DNA of 60,547 bases, filler included, from Platydemus manokwari (lineage: Eukaryota): assembly GCA_037951405.1 (NCBI GenBank). It is 6 parts of 6 records of this genome, joined end to end, with 100 filler letters (N's around TTAATTAATTAA, not from the genome) between each part and the next. Parts side by side here need not be neighbours in the genome. Positions count along the whole stretch, not along the records: positions 31,851 to 41,954 come from JBBMOY011168880.1; positions 42,055 to 51,521 come from JBBMOY011245430.1; positions 51,622 to 60,547 come from JBBMOY011328095.1; 3 more parts are not named here. The stretch is one strand, 5' to 3'. Shown here one piece after another: positions 40,668 to 52,469 of the stretch; position 1 is the first letter of the stretch, and each line of letters starts with the position of its first letter. The position numbers and the translations under genes were made by a program. The notes beneath the pieces are model-generated. The model was not told the DNA's origin, made no database searches, and saw only the letters and a program-made list of their open reading frames with translations.

Positions 40668-40927
40668 TCACGCATCCACGAAGAGAATCTCACGGACGAG
40701 TTGTACAACATCAGCAGAACATCCCCAGAACAATGTAAATCCCGATCCGCCATGTCCGTAATTGTGAATTATCTAATCGATGGAATGAATTCCAAAAATA
40801 AAATCACGATAAAATTCTTTACCGAATATTCAACACCTGTAGCTTCATTGATTCGTTTTTCTTTTTCCAATCGTACTTTATCTGCTCCCGGTCGTAATCC
40901 TACTTGAATGGCGAGGATATTTGGTTT
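40668..40927 (-). CDS. DAO: D-amino-acid / D-aspartate oxidase copy A, last two exons (40927-40823, 40772-40668)
   Basis: [23 protein letters not shown]...|[34 protein letters not shown]: the GLRP and HNYGHGGxG signatures, with a 50-nt GT-AG intron. Confidence 0.9.
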
Positions 40928-41640
40928 CTTCATAACAAAGATAATTTATTTCATGAACAATATTTATATTCAATTTATATCTTTTATTATTCTGTCCTTT
41001 AGATGTATTATTTTAATCTTGCTCTCCTTTTAATTTCCAAAATGTCCTACTTAATTATATACAAGTTGGAATATTTTCTTTTGAAAAGACCTTTTGTTTT
41101 CACATGATTGTTGTAACAATAAACAGTATTCAAGTTTGAAAATGGTGGAGCTTACTAAAGACAGCGTAATTCTTAAAATTGACCAAAAGCTATTAAATAT
41201 ATCGTTATGATGCGTAATATATGGTAGAACAATTCTTATTACTTGTTAGAATATTGATCGCTCTACGTTTATTAGAGGTAGTTTTCCACGTTTTGATTCA
41301 CGCCTATGATTTGTGAATAAATATTTTTGCATAAGTTAGTCAAAAATTTATGTTTTGCAACATCGTGGCATGTATATATCTGGCCACAAAATTCTCCCGA
41401 CTCCAAGTTTTGGTTTTATATTTAATAACAGTAATATATATATATTTACTACTACCGCCTTTCACGGTCTTGTCATTTATAAAATGAAGTCAATGTTGAG
41501 TCTGATATTTTTAAACCACGCAACAGAGACGTTTTTAAGGAATAATAAAAATAAATCGTTATAAATTTTTCTCCCAAAATTTTACTCGAATGATAACAAT
41601 AACCTTGAAAATAATCGATTTTAATAGATGAATTCACAAT

Positions 41641-41954
41641 CATTTACTTTAAGCCCATGTAAGATTGTTGCACAACCATCCAATATATGTTGAGTATCTT
41701 TCTCATTTGGTAATAGGTTCCAATCATTATGTTGTTTAGTTGTTCCCAAAGCAACAGAACCATCACTTAATTAAATAATTCTTTAAAAATTGACCAAAAT
41801 AATATCATAAAATAAAAATACAGTTCTTTAATGATTATCATTTGTTAACAAAATCGATAAACGTTATGCAACTCAAGTAGTGAGAATATTGAATGAAAAT
41901 GGATAAAGGTAATTTAAAAATATTAGTTTATTAAAAATAAAATCTACTGGATAT
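41641..41954 (+). repeat. Second copy of the 34487-34755 repeat
   Basis: catttactttaag.ccatgtaagattgttgcacaaccatccaat...gaaaatggataaaggtaatttaaaa...aaaataaaatctactggatat is shared. Confidence 0.85.
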
Positions 41955-42054
41955 NNNNNNNNNNNNNNNNNNNNNNNNNNNNNNNNNNNNNNNNNNNNTT
42001 AATTAATTAANNNNNNNNNNNNNNNNNNNNNNNNNNNNNNNNNNNNNNNNNNNN
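41955..42054. other. Artificial contig linker N44-TTAATTAATTAA-N44
   Basis: Same 100-nt spacer. Confidence 0.97.
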
Positions 42055-42195
42055 TTATTATTATAATTGTTGTTATTATTATTGTTATTGTTTTTATCAT
42101 TGTTATGCTATTGTTATTATTATTATTGTTATTATTATTGTTGTTATTATTATTGTTATTGTTTTTATCATTGTTATGCTATTGTGATTATTATA
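42055..42195. repeat. (ATT/GTT)n low-complexity tract with an internal duplication
   Basis: ttgttgttattattattgttattgtttttatcattgttatgctattg occurs twice. Confidence 0.85.
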
Positions 42196-42637
42196 TTGAC
42201 ATTTAACCCCTCTTCCGGTAACTTATGCCAATGCCAGTTGTGATTGAATCATTGATTCTAGTATTAGTGTGATTATTTTCATATAAATATTTATGAAAAT
42301 CCAAAATGCACAAAACAGAAAATACATTTATTTGAAAAACTTGATTTTTGATTGTTTTAATAAGTGCTTATTGTTTCGGATAATTGAAATAATTTTTACT
42401 AAAACCCAAAAATATTGAGTTACTGAATGATTAAACTTCTGTTGAGACATGGAATTCGGGATATTGATTTTTCTGAAAATGTATTTGTTCTTTATTAGCC
42501 TGGGTATTTGTCAAGTTTATCAAACGTGGGATTGTGTTGTATTTAAGTGTTTATTGTGCCAAATTATTACATACTGATGAATTAAATGTAATCGAATAAT
42601 AAATTATACCTCCATTGTTATATCGAACATTTATATA

Positions 42638-43140
42638 ATGTCTTTCTATCAAACGCGCACAGAAAGAGGATTCGAATCTCTGCAATACATTCATTTCCCA
42701 ATACATTTACATTATCAAAGATTTACTAAAATCATTTATCGTGATTGTATGACAGTCGCAGTACTCTCGATCGAGTATTTAAGTGCTTGGCATTATTTTA
42801 ATGGAGTTTATAATAATAAATATATCGAGAATTTAATCCAACAAAGTCCACTTTCTTTCGAATACCAATTGGACGTTATTTTTCCACGAACCTCGAATTT
42901 TTAGATTATTGATTTTAAATATTTTATAAACAATTATCAACATCGTTTTACCAAAACAAGTTTCATATAATGAAAAGATTAGTTCCAGCAATTTTCAAAG
43001 AGAAAAATACTGATACCTTTGAAACAATTCATGGGATTTTTATTGAGCAAGCAAAATTGACTGATGTCGTTAAAATACAAATTCCGAATATAAAAATGAT
43101 TTTTTCAATTACAGGTCGCTATTTTATAAGAGAAAATCAC
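42638..43140 (+). mobile_element. MULE (Mutator-like) transposase remnant
   Basis: FLYWCH-like start (FYQTRTERGFESLQY..F...KIIYRDC), FEYQLDVI, KNTDTF and IPNIK...ITGRYF (a decayed GCxFH motif). Confidence 0.45.
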
Positions 43141-43188
43141 GATCAATAAATAAGATTTTTTGCAAATTAAGATATCAATGCACTGGAA

Positions 43189-43410
43189 TTGTGGAGGGAG
43201 CATTATTATATCAACAGTATGAATATCATTCATAATATTAATGATTTTAGACGAAATTTTTGTATGACACGATTAACTTTTCAAATTTTATTCGATAATG
43301 ATTATCTGAAAAATTTTTATTTACATAACGTCACCTATCGGTGTATTGTGGACGTTACACGTGTAAGCCACCCGACAGTACACAGATGTATCAATCATAA
43401 AATACCAATT
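43189..43410 (+). mobile_element. PIF/Harbinger transposase N-terminal remnant
   Basis: DFRRNFCMTRLTFQIL and YRCIVDVTRVSHPTVHRCI match the HARBI1-type F..NFRMS..TF..L and HTH (YR.IA..FGVS.STV.R) motifs. Confidence 0.65.
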
Positions 43411-43879
43411 ATCGATTCTATAACATTATCTACAATATTATTTTTGGTTATTTCAATACTAAGTACACGTTTTCGTAATGATTCCGTTGCTAACTTCTGA
43501 AGTTGAAATTGACCAACGTATTCAAACAACTAATAATGTGTCAAACCCAATGAAGGACCCAATCTGGTTACCATGGTGACATTGTTGCCTATTAGAGTTT
43601 TCATGAATTATTTGTTAACTCTCCACTAGATTAAATATCATCTGCCTTAACGTTTGTCGTTGTAATTTTCGAATTTGTTTTCCTTTTCTATTTGTTAAGA
43701 CATAAAATAGTACTCTTTGGAAATAAATACGTCGACAAGTAATTACAAAAACTTTATGTAAATTTTATCATTGATTTTTAATAATAATCAATGTTACTAT
43801 ATTTATTGCATTTTTTAATTGTATTTTTCTTATTATTGACTTTATTATTACATTATATTGATTATTTTGCTACTTGAGT

Positions 43880-44164
43880 CAGTGTTCCTCCAAAGCGGGG
43901 GTGCGAAAAAAATTTGAGGTTCGTGAGAAATTTCATTTTCGACACTTACTTATATTACGACAAAATATCGATCGAATTTTAAAAATCTAGAATTGATGTT
44001 TTATGCCAGAATATTTAAAATAGTTATTATTAAATATATTTTAATTTTTCGGTGTTAAAAGATTTTTTTATTAAAAAAATTTACTTTATTTTAGTCCCTA
44101 GGGGTTACGAAAAAATTTGGACTTGTAAAGTGGGTCGCAACACAAAAAATACTGAAGACCACTA
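43880..44164. mobile_element. hAT-type MITE (decayed)
   Basis: Ends CAGTGTTCCTCCAAA ... GGGTCGCAACACAAAAAATACTGAAGACCACTA; 8-bp flanks acttgagt / atttaagc match at 5/8. Confidence 0.6.
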
Positions 44165-44682
44165 ATTTAAGCTATACTTTTTCTTATTAAAAAATATCGA
44201 CGAATTTAATGATTTTCCTCATTTATATCCAATATTGGCTATTAAAAAATCAAGATTATTTCTCTTAATAAATCAATAAATAATTAATTGAAATCGATTT
44301 TATAATTATTTTATTTCAGATTTTTAGTACGGTTTTTTCGTTCCTATCGTTAGTAAATACATTTCCCAAAATAACACTCTTGATTTACTCCGGGGTTTCA
44401 AAAGCAAAATATAATTAATTGTTTTGTGTTATGAATATTGGAACAGTATTTATGGTAAATTTATTAACACGCGACTCGAAATTTTGTAAAATAATTTTAA
44501 ATTCATTAGTCTGGCAGTTCAATATTGCTTGGTTAAATGTTTATTTTCTCCAGCAATATTATTTTTTTTATAAGTGGTAATTTCAATATATTGATTTTAA
44601 TCATTGATCTCAATTTCATTTTTTAATATTAATAAATGGGAAAATTTGAAAAATATAAACACATATATTATTGTTCCTGTAG

Positions 44683-47600
44683 GCCAGCATTGAACAATTG
44701 AAAACAGTTTGGAAAATCGATGATCAAATGAATGAAGAATCTTTCAATCCAAGAACATTTTTCTATATGCATGGTAATCATATCGATTTTTTTGTTTTTT
44801 GTTTATAATTCGGTTATTTAATTAAAGCTTAACCATAACTCTAACCCTATTATTGGGAATTATTGATTTAAACTAGCAAATCGTAACACAAATACGTATG
44901 TGCGATAATTCCAATAATACGTCGAAGAACTTACAAAACCGGTATGACTCATAATCTTAATATCAATAACATTTTTAAGATTTCTGAATACTGACAGTAG
45001 GGCGCTACTATTTTATAATGTACGCATTGAAAACGAACTGAAAAGTCACGGCAACAAATTATAATTTTTCGAACGAATTACTATTTTATAAAATCTGATT
45101 TTAAAATTTTTCCAATCCATTATGAATCTTCACACTGTCGATGATATATTTTAAAAAAATGTTTTGATCACTTTTTGAGCTAAACTTTGTAAAAAATGAG
45201 ATCTATATCTTCGATTCACTTTCTTCACTTGGCACCGAGTTCAAAATTGTCTAATAAAAAACCCTATCCACCAAGAATGGCAATTTTTTTAATAAATTTA
45301 TTTATTTCAGTAAATTCAAATCATATACTTGTTACGCCCGTAACGGTTTTGTTATTTTTACGATAGATTTAAGAATTTAAAGTAGCTTTATATGTGTGCA
45401 TGTGTGTGTGTGGAAATTAATGAGTCACCACGATTTAAAATCGCTTGATGATTTCGTTCAAATTGAAATGGGTGTATTTGATTAATAATCTGACTCCAAT
45501 AGGTGCAGTTACTATTAGTAACTTCAGCACTCTAAATATCAATGAAATCTGGAAATTAATAACTGATAATAATGCTGAAATAAAATTGATATGATAAATT
45601 AAATATGATCTGTTACAATGGGTAACGATGGGATTCAAAATAAAGATTACCAAATAACCGATAAATAACAAATTCGAAATTATCTTTATCATTGAAACTC
45701 TAATGTTCGGTAGGGAAATTTTTAGGTTGTCTCTTATGATTTTAGCCTTGAGATCTCTTTGTGTCACTAGGGGGTGTACTGATGGTTGGGCCTAAAGTTC
45801 CAGGTCTTAAATTATTTGGTCTATTTATAGATTTAATTTAATCTATTTTTAGACTTAGTCTATTTTTAATTTAATTAGTCATTTTTATGGAAAATTTAGA
45901 AAAAAAATATTATTATCTTATTTGAGGTGGGTTCCGTACCCAACATATTTTCTATCAACAATCGTGTTTTAACGATTATTTTATATCGATACTTTTAAAA
46001 GTCAGGGGACCAATCTCGAATATGTATTTATTGTTTTGCTCCAAACATCAACATCAATGTGTTAAAATGAATTTCTTTATTTACACAATATTCGTTATCG
46101 TAAATGAAGCTAAATCTGGTGAATATGCAATCGAAGACATTCGCTGTCAATGCAATGTATGAAAACACATATCAGTATTGGAAATATTTAGAATCTTAGA
46201 GAACGCAAACTAATCATAAATTAACAAAAAATAATTTAATATATCCAATAGTTAGAAATAAGTTTCTTTAGGCCGATTTGACGTTGCAAGAGTTCACAAT
46301 AGTTGTTGGTAAATCCGTTTATTCTCGATTAAGTTTCCCTCAAAAATGAATTATTATAATAATAATAAAGATAATAATAATTATATCGAATATAATAATA
46401 TTGATTCTGAGGAATATGATCATATATAATTATTATAGGATAGAAAGAGATTTTGTCTCCCGTGACTGAGTTAAAATGCATTTATATTTATCAGGAAAAT
46501 GACTTTATTAAAGAGTAGTTGGTGGGTAGTCCATTCCAATTCTGATGAGTAAATTGGACTTGGAAACATGTCTATCGGTGGATTCCATGCTGGTTTTGTC
46601 AATTTTTTGGTTTTCCAATGAGAACAAATTATAATAGCTGTTAAATTTATTTTTCATAACTTCGAGGGATATGCTGTTATACCCCAGCATAGATGACTTC
46701 TAGCTTCAAATTCACAGCTTGACCAATTATTGATTTTTAAATCCCAGGTCTTATTTGGTATTGATGAGAAGGAATATTATTACAAAACAAGCATATCATT
46801 GAGTTTCATCATAATACCCACATACCGTGCTATAATCCTAACCCATTAGATTACAACTCGAATGTTGAGCTGTTGGTGTATTTAAAGAAGACTTCAACAC
46901 ATGGCACAATGACTTTCTCGAGAATCAACTAAATATGGAGCTTTGAGTTCTGTAAATTTTCCCAAATTATTTTACCTATCCTGTTTCCTTTCTAGATCGG
47001 TTTATGTTTGAAATGCCTACATATCATCTCAGTTGAAAATTTTTCATACCAATACAACATCACGTTTTAAATTTGATATAGCTTGTCCTTAAATCATACA
47101 AGTTAAATATTGATTACAATGCAATACAAATTCTCCATTATTTCAATCGTTTTTTACTTTAACACAACAATGGTTTGTAAAGGGTTTTTAATGCACTGTA
47201 GACTAATGTTGAATTGATTTCTCCTTATTTAAATGTATTACATTGGCGGAACTCATCAGTAAACGTAATGCGAGAAAGACACACCATTATTTCCTGATAA
47301 GTGTATTTGCTGTGTGTAATCAATACCATCATTATCATTGGTCATTATTATTGTTCAATGAAGCCACATATCGGTATTTGATGATTGCTTTGCTAATTAC
47401 ATCGGCCGATGTGAAAAGTAAATACTGAATTGAATTTGTATTTATGAATGTATGAGGAGAAATTATTAATCGTCTATGATTTCAATTTGAGAAAATTTTA
47501 CTACAATCTGCCTTCTCGAAAGATGATCCTGCGTTTATATTTTTCCACGAATTCTAAAATATTGTAGACTAAAACTTTTAAATCTAGACGTCAATGATGA

Positions 47601-48165
47601 TGGCAATCTCGATGTAGGAGAATTGGAAACTTTGATGCAAAGAGAAGTAATAATTTTCGAACGATCAGCTAACGTATCGATTTAAATGTTCATTATATGA
47701 ATAGCTGGACAAGGCATATGATCCTAATGATAATAGCACTGATTTGGTTGAGAGGTATCATGAAATGACGAGAATGCGAAAGAAGTTCCTCAAGCATGTG
47801 GATCTTGATCAAAATCATTTGGTATCGTTGGAGGAATTCATGAATTGGATCAAAAGTGACAAAGCAAATGATGCCAAAGAATGGAAGGTACGACAACGGT
47901 CAATGTCGATCACATAAATTATTGTGTATTAGGTTCAAGAGGAAATGGAACCGAATTATTCCAAAGAAGAATTCGATGAATTTTATAAAGATTATATTAG
48001 CAGGCATCCTGATTTGTATCAGCCAGTTAGTAATTTTAAATATCACATTGATGCTTGTTCCACAATATAAATGAAATTACATAACATCATTAATAATAAT
48101 AATAATTTTAGCCCTCAACACCAGTCCCAACAACATCGGTTTCACCCACAAATCCTAGTAAATAA
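44683..48165 (+). CDS. NUCB2: Nucleobindin, 3' part (exons 44683-44773, 47588-47646, 47705-47887, 47933-48025, 48112-48165)
   Basis: ASIEQLKTVWKIDD...FNPRTFFYMHD|VNDDGNLDVGELETLMQRE|LDKAYDP...EMTRMRKKFLKHVDLDQNHLVSLEEF...W: two EF-hands collinear with nucleobindin. GT-AG introns in phase. This frame is not in the ORF track. NUCB1 and NUCB2 cannot be told apart in an invertebrate. Confidence 0.9.
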
Positions 48166-50775
48166 TCGATGTCACCAACAAAGTTCAAATTATTATGATG
48201 TATTTTGGTTTTTTCTTTTAAATATAGTTTTAATTTAATTAGATTTTCTTTATTGTTTGAGTTAAAAAATGTTTAATATGATTTTTGACACTTTTATAGA
48301 AGTATCTGTGATTTCATTGGATTCGTCGACCCAGAGAGTCATTTAGTAATTTTTAAAAATAAATCCGAATAAATTAATGTTGCTAATAATTGTGGTATAC
48401 AAGCATGGGCGGTATGAGATGATTATAATATTAGTTCGATTTGTATCTCAGTGAACACCTTTGACAAATTTACATTACCTTCTCAATAATTGGCTAATTT
48501 GAAATTCAAGTGTAGTTGACAGTATAAGTTAAATTTAATTATTATAAAGTATATTTTCCACAACCTTAGTCACTCATATCTTTATAAAAAGAGAACCAAA
48601 CAATAAAATTTTTATTATTAAATAAAATAAACAACTTGTGTTTGGTGGCACAGTAGTGTGGACAAATCAATAGTTATTATCGGAAGAAGTTTAATGATAC
48701 AGTAAACAACACATATTTACGTCGTCCGATCACTGTTCTAAATCGAATGAGTGGTTTTTTCTGCTCTTCCGATAATCTATTTACATGCTGTAAGTGAACG
48801 TGACATGTGCTCAATTGTCATTATTTGATGATATTATGTAATATCATGTTTGTTCTTGCTGACTGCTGCTCTTGATTTTAATCGTTTTCTGGTCTGGTGT
48901 TGTCTATTTGAATCTTCTTGGCGTATCCTTATCAAAGCTTGTGATCTTGTAGAACGAAACTTTTGGTATAGCTTAGTGGTGCTGTAAGTGCATTCAATTT
49001 AACCCATGTTATCTACTTTAATTAATATTATTTATTTTAAATATTTTATTTATTGTTATTTCCTATTGTTAGTTATTAAATATTTTTAATTTATTTTGCT
49101 CATGTTTTTATAAAACAATTCGGTAAGATTTATTCCACGTCAAATTTATCAATAACTAAGATCGTATGCCGATCAAGTCTATGCTATTGATATCAAATCA
49201 ATCTTATCGGTTCGTTTCTCGAGATATAAATAACAATAGCTGTTGGTTATTATTTTTTGTAATGTAATTCTTGAGATAAAATATTTTTTCCAAGATATGA
49301 TAATATTTATAAACAAAGTTTATCTTATATATCAAACGAAATGACATCGTAAAATATTGAGAATGGTTTTGAGTGAAAGATTGAAAGACAGAAAATGTTA
49401 GTGTTAGAATAACGTTGAAATATTGTCGAGTATAGAAGAATCTCGAACGAAATGGCAACACTTGACACTTCTATTTTTACATAATTTACTTGCCACAATA
49501 CACAGTCATTATGACATGACCATTACCCAATCAGAATCAGCGTACAACGAAGTTTTCAATTTGTCAAAATACATACCTACATGACGACATACACAATCCC
49601 AGTTGGCATAAATATATAATTAGAACATCTTGAACGCACTTGAACTCTTGACTATAAATGTCGAATCCAGAGAGAAGTGTTATTTATTTGTAATTGCATT
49701 GTGACGGTGATTGTCGGTTGAAGCCTGACAGAAGAGAAGAGTATATTTTCTACTGGTATTTATATTAGTGAGAGGTACCACTTGTAATCCATAAATAAAT
49801 ATTTTCTCATCGACTCTTCATTTGATATTAAACAACATAATGAATCGCAATTTAAACTATATGATTCACACACGAAATCTCTAGATCAAATATGATTCCA
49901 AAATTCTTATCACAAGGGGTTTATTACTCGAAAGATAAACAGAGAATTCTACCTAACAAAAATTGACTATATTATTCAAGATAAGTACATCTTGGTTTAC
50001 TATTAGATATCCAATGTTTAATATCTTAGTCTGAAGATTTGGTTGAGTATCCCGGGATCCTTAGTTTCTTATTGGTCCATTGGAGTGTTTGTACTTTTTT
50101 GTTTCAACGACTCAATCAATAATAAAGACAATCATCAATCGTAACTTTTGATGAATGCTATATACATGCTGTGTTTGGCATATTTAGGACTCGTGTCACG
50201 CTTTTGATTGTATTTCTGACCTGATTTATGAGCCACTTACAAATTCGTGTCCTGCCCTTGAAATAAGAATTTCTTTTCGAATGATAATCTGTAAAAATAT
50301 TCATAAATATATTAATAATAAAATTATTATTATCATCAACATTATTTGTTGTATTAATAGTATAATAATTACTTCTATTTTTATATAAATTTTTGCACCA
50401 TTATTTTAATTGAATAATTAAGTCCAAATTAAGTCGACAACATATCTTTTCCATTCAAATTTAAAACAAAAGTTTTTTTTCCATTCTAAAAAAACGGCGA
50501 AAAACAAATACATCACTTGACAATTGTATTGAATAAGAGAAATCGAATATTTCTGCAGAAGATTGATTTGACTGGTTTATAAACACCATAACAAACACAC
50601 TCACAAATAACATAACACATCAATTATTTCTTTCAAAACACATTTCAAAGAACAATAGAAAATTAATTCTTCTTTCTCTCGATTTTTTGCAGTAGAATCA
50701 TATCAAATGCTCATTTAAAAACAAATTCCTATACAGATTTATTAGCATTGTAGAATTGTTCAGTGAGATTATCGA

Positions 50776-51372
50776 ATGAATAATAAACTCTCAACGAAAC
50801 CAAATATCAAGGACAATTTCTCCTTTGGATTTGAAAAACCCGAAATCGATCCGGATCATGATTTAAAATTCGAAATGTGCTACGGCCAGGAACAGAATCG
50901 ATGGCTGTATTTTCAACATATACAATTATCGAAAATCGGTCATCAAAAAATCAATGTCTGCGAAAAAGCCCTCAATCAAACTCTCAAACAATTGAATCGA
51001 TCATCAGATATCTGTCGAAAAGAAATCGAAAATTATGAAAAAGCCAGATTGGGATTTGTAGCGAAGAAACAAGTTGAAGTTCGCAAACATATCATATCGA
51101 TTTTGAAATCGATTCAAACCGAAAGAAATTCGTTCTCGAATTTGACTAAAGAAGAGAAATTGTTGTTGATTGAAAACAGGAATTTTATCATCAGGAAAAT
51201 TTTACCCGAACTTCGAGATGATCGGAAATTTTACAGGAGTATCTATTTGAGGCCGGGAAACAATGTTGTAGATGAGAAAGGTCGAGTTCAGTTTTGGTCA
51301 AAACGAGATTTGATCTTGAAATGGGAACAGAATATACAAAATATTCTGGATTCCAATAGCTTTCAACAGTAA
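50776..51372 (+). CDS. Hypothetical basic, partly coiled-coil protein, 198 aa, single exon
   Basis: A 597-nt ATG-to-stop ORF in very AT-rich DNA with raised GC; no recognisable domain. Confidence 0.65.
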   Translation: MNNKLSTKPNIKDNFSFGFEKPEIDPDHDLKFEMCYGQEQNRWLYFQHIQLSKIGHQKINVCEKALNQTLKQLNRSSDICRKEIENYEKARLGFVAKKQVEVRKHIISILKSIQTERNSFSNLTKEEKLLLIENRNFIIRKILPELRDDRKFYRSIYLRPGNNVVDEKGRVQFWSKRDLILKWEQNIQNILDSNSFQQ

Positions 51373-51456
51373 TTATCATGTCAAGAAATTGAGTTATTGA
51401 ATCTGAATGACAAATTGAAATATATTTTTGTTGAAATTTTTCATTAAGATTTTTAA

Positions 51457-51460
<4 letters not shown>

Positions 51461-51521
<61 letters not shown>
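51461..51521. repeat. (ATT)n microsatellite at contig end
   Basis: Direct observation. Confidence 0.95.
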
Positions 51522-51621
51522 NNNNNNNNNNNNNNNNNNNNNNNNNNNNNNNNNNNNNNNNNNNNTTAATTAATTAANNNNNNNNNNNNNNNNNNNNNNN
51601 NNNNNNNNNNNNNNNNNNNNN
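51522..51621. other. Artificial contig linker N44-TTAATTAATTAA-N44
   Basis: Same 100-nt spacer. Confidence 0.97.
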
Positions 51622-51780
<159 letters not shown>

Positions 51781-52469
51781 AATGAATGTAAAGAATTATA
51801 ATTTCCAACACATGTAATTTGTGAAAGAAATAAATTTGTTGAGATAAAATCGAATAATTTTGTATTTGATGTGATGAATAGATTGTTTTTAATTTCTGAG
51901 ATAAGGTATTGTTTTATGAATTTGATGTATTTCATTACACAATGTCAACAGATTCCATTTTTAAAATTAATGAAATAATAATTTGAAACTAATAATTGTT
52001 AAAATCAATAATTAAAAATAAGTAAAGATATCTTAACATATCCTGAAAACTGAACTAATTATAATAATAAAATGACGTCTCTATCAGAAATACTATTTCA
52101 AATGATTACTTTAAAATTTTTACTAAATTTTGAAAAGATAAAAAATTCTGGACAATAAAATTATATTGAGCTCGGTTTCAGACTAATATTTTAGTTGATA
52201 TATTTTATTTAGCCTAATTGTCCATAATCCATTTATTTTTTTCCAGAAATATATCTGTAATTGATAGCATTTTACATCACTATGAATATCGTTGAATTAT
52301 TTTTTAAGTGTTATTAATCCTACAAAAATAATTACTTAAAGTTCGATAAAATAAAATTTGAATAATAAAAAGTTTAATTTTATTCAAATTTACAAATTCA
52401 ATGCAAATATCGAGAAATTAAACGGAAACTGAAACTAATTGAGACGAAATAAGAGAAAATAAATCAAAC

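Noticed and set aside
46520-46570. CTGATGA...GAAAC hammerhead-like core (similar strings near 14207 and 17934)
   Set aside because: Helices I-III could not be formed convincingly; such strings are expected by chance in AT-rich DNA.
46800-46975. pogo/Tigger-like DDE fragment (RLQL...VGVFK...W)
   Set aside because: Too short and decayed to call, and no TIRs found.
47693-48074. ORF-track entries 47693-47896(-) and 47856-48074(+)
   Set aside because: Antisense or wrong-frame overlaps of nucleobindin exons.
49423-49730. Possible solo LTR (TGTC...GACA with TATA-like box)
   Set aside because: No matching target-site duplication and no second copy in the window.
50160-50290. Possible isolated minus-strand exon (one frame gives KRNSYFKGR, neuropeptide-like)
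   Set aside because: Reading frame is ambiguous, and there are no partner exons or signal peptide.
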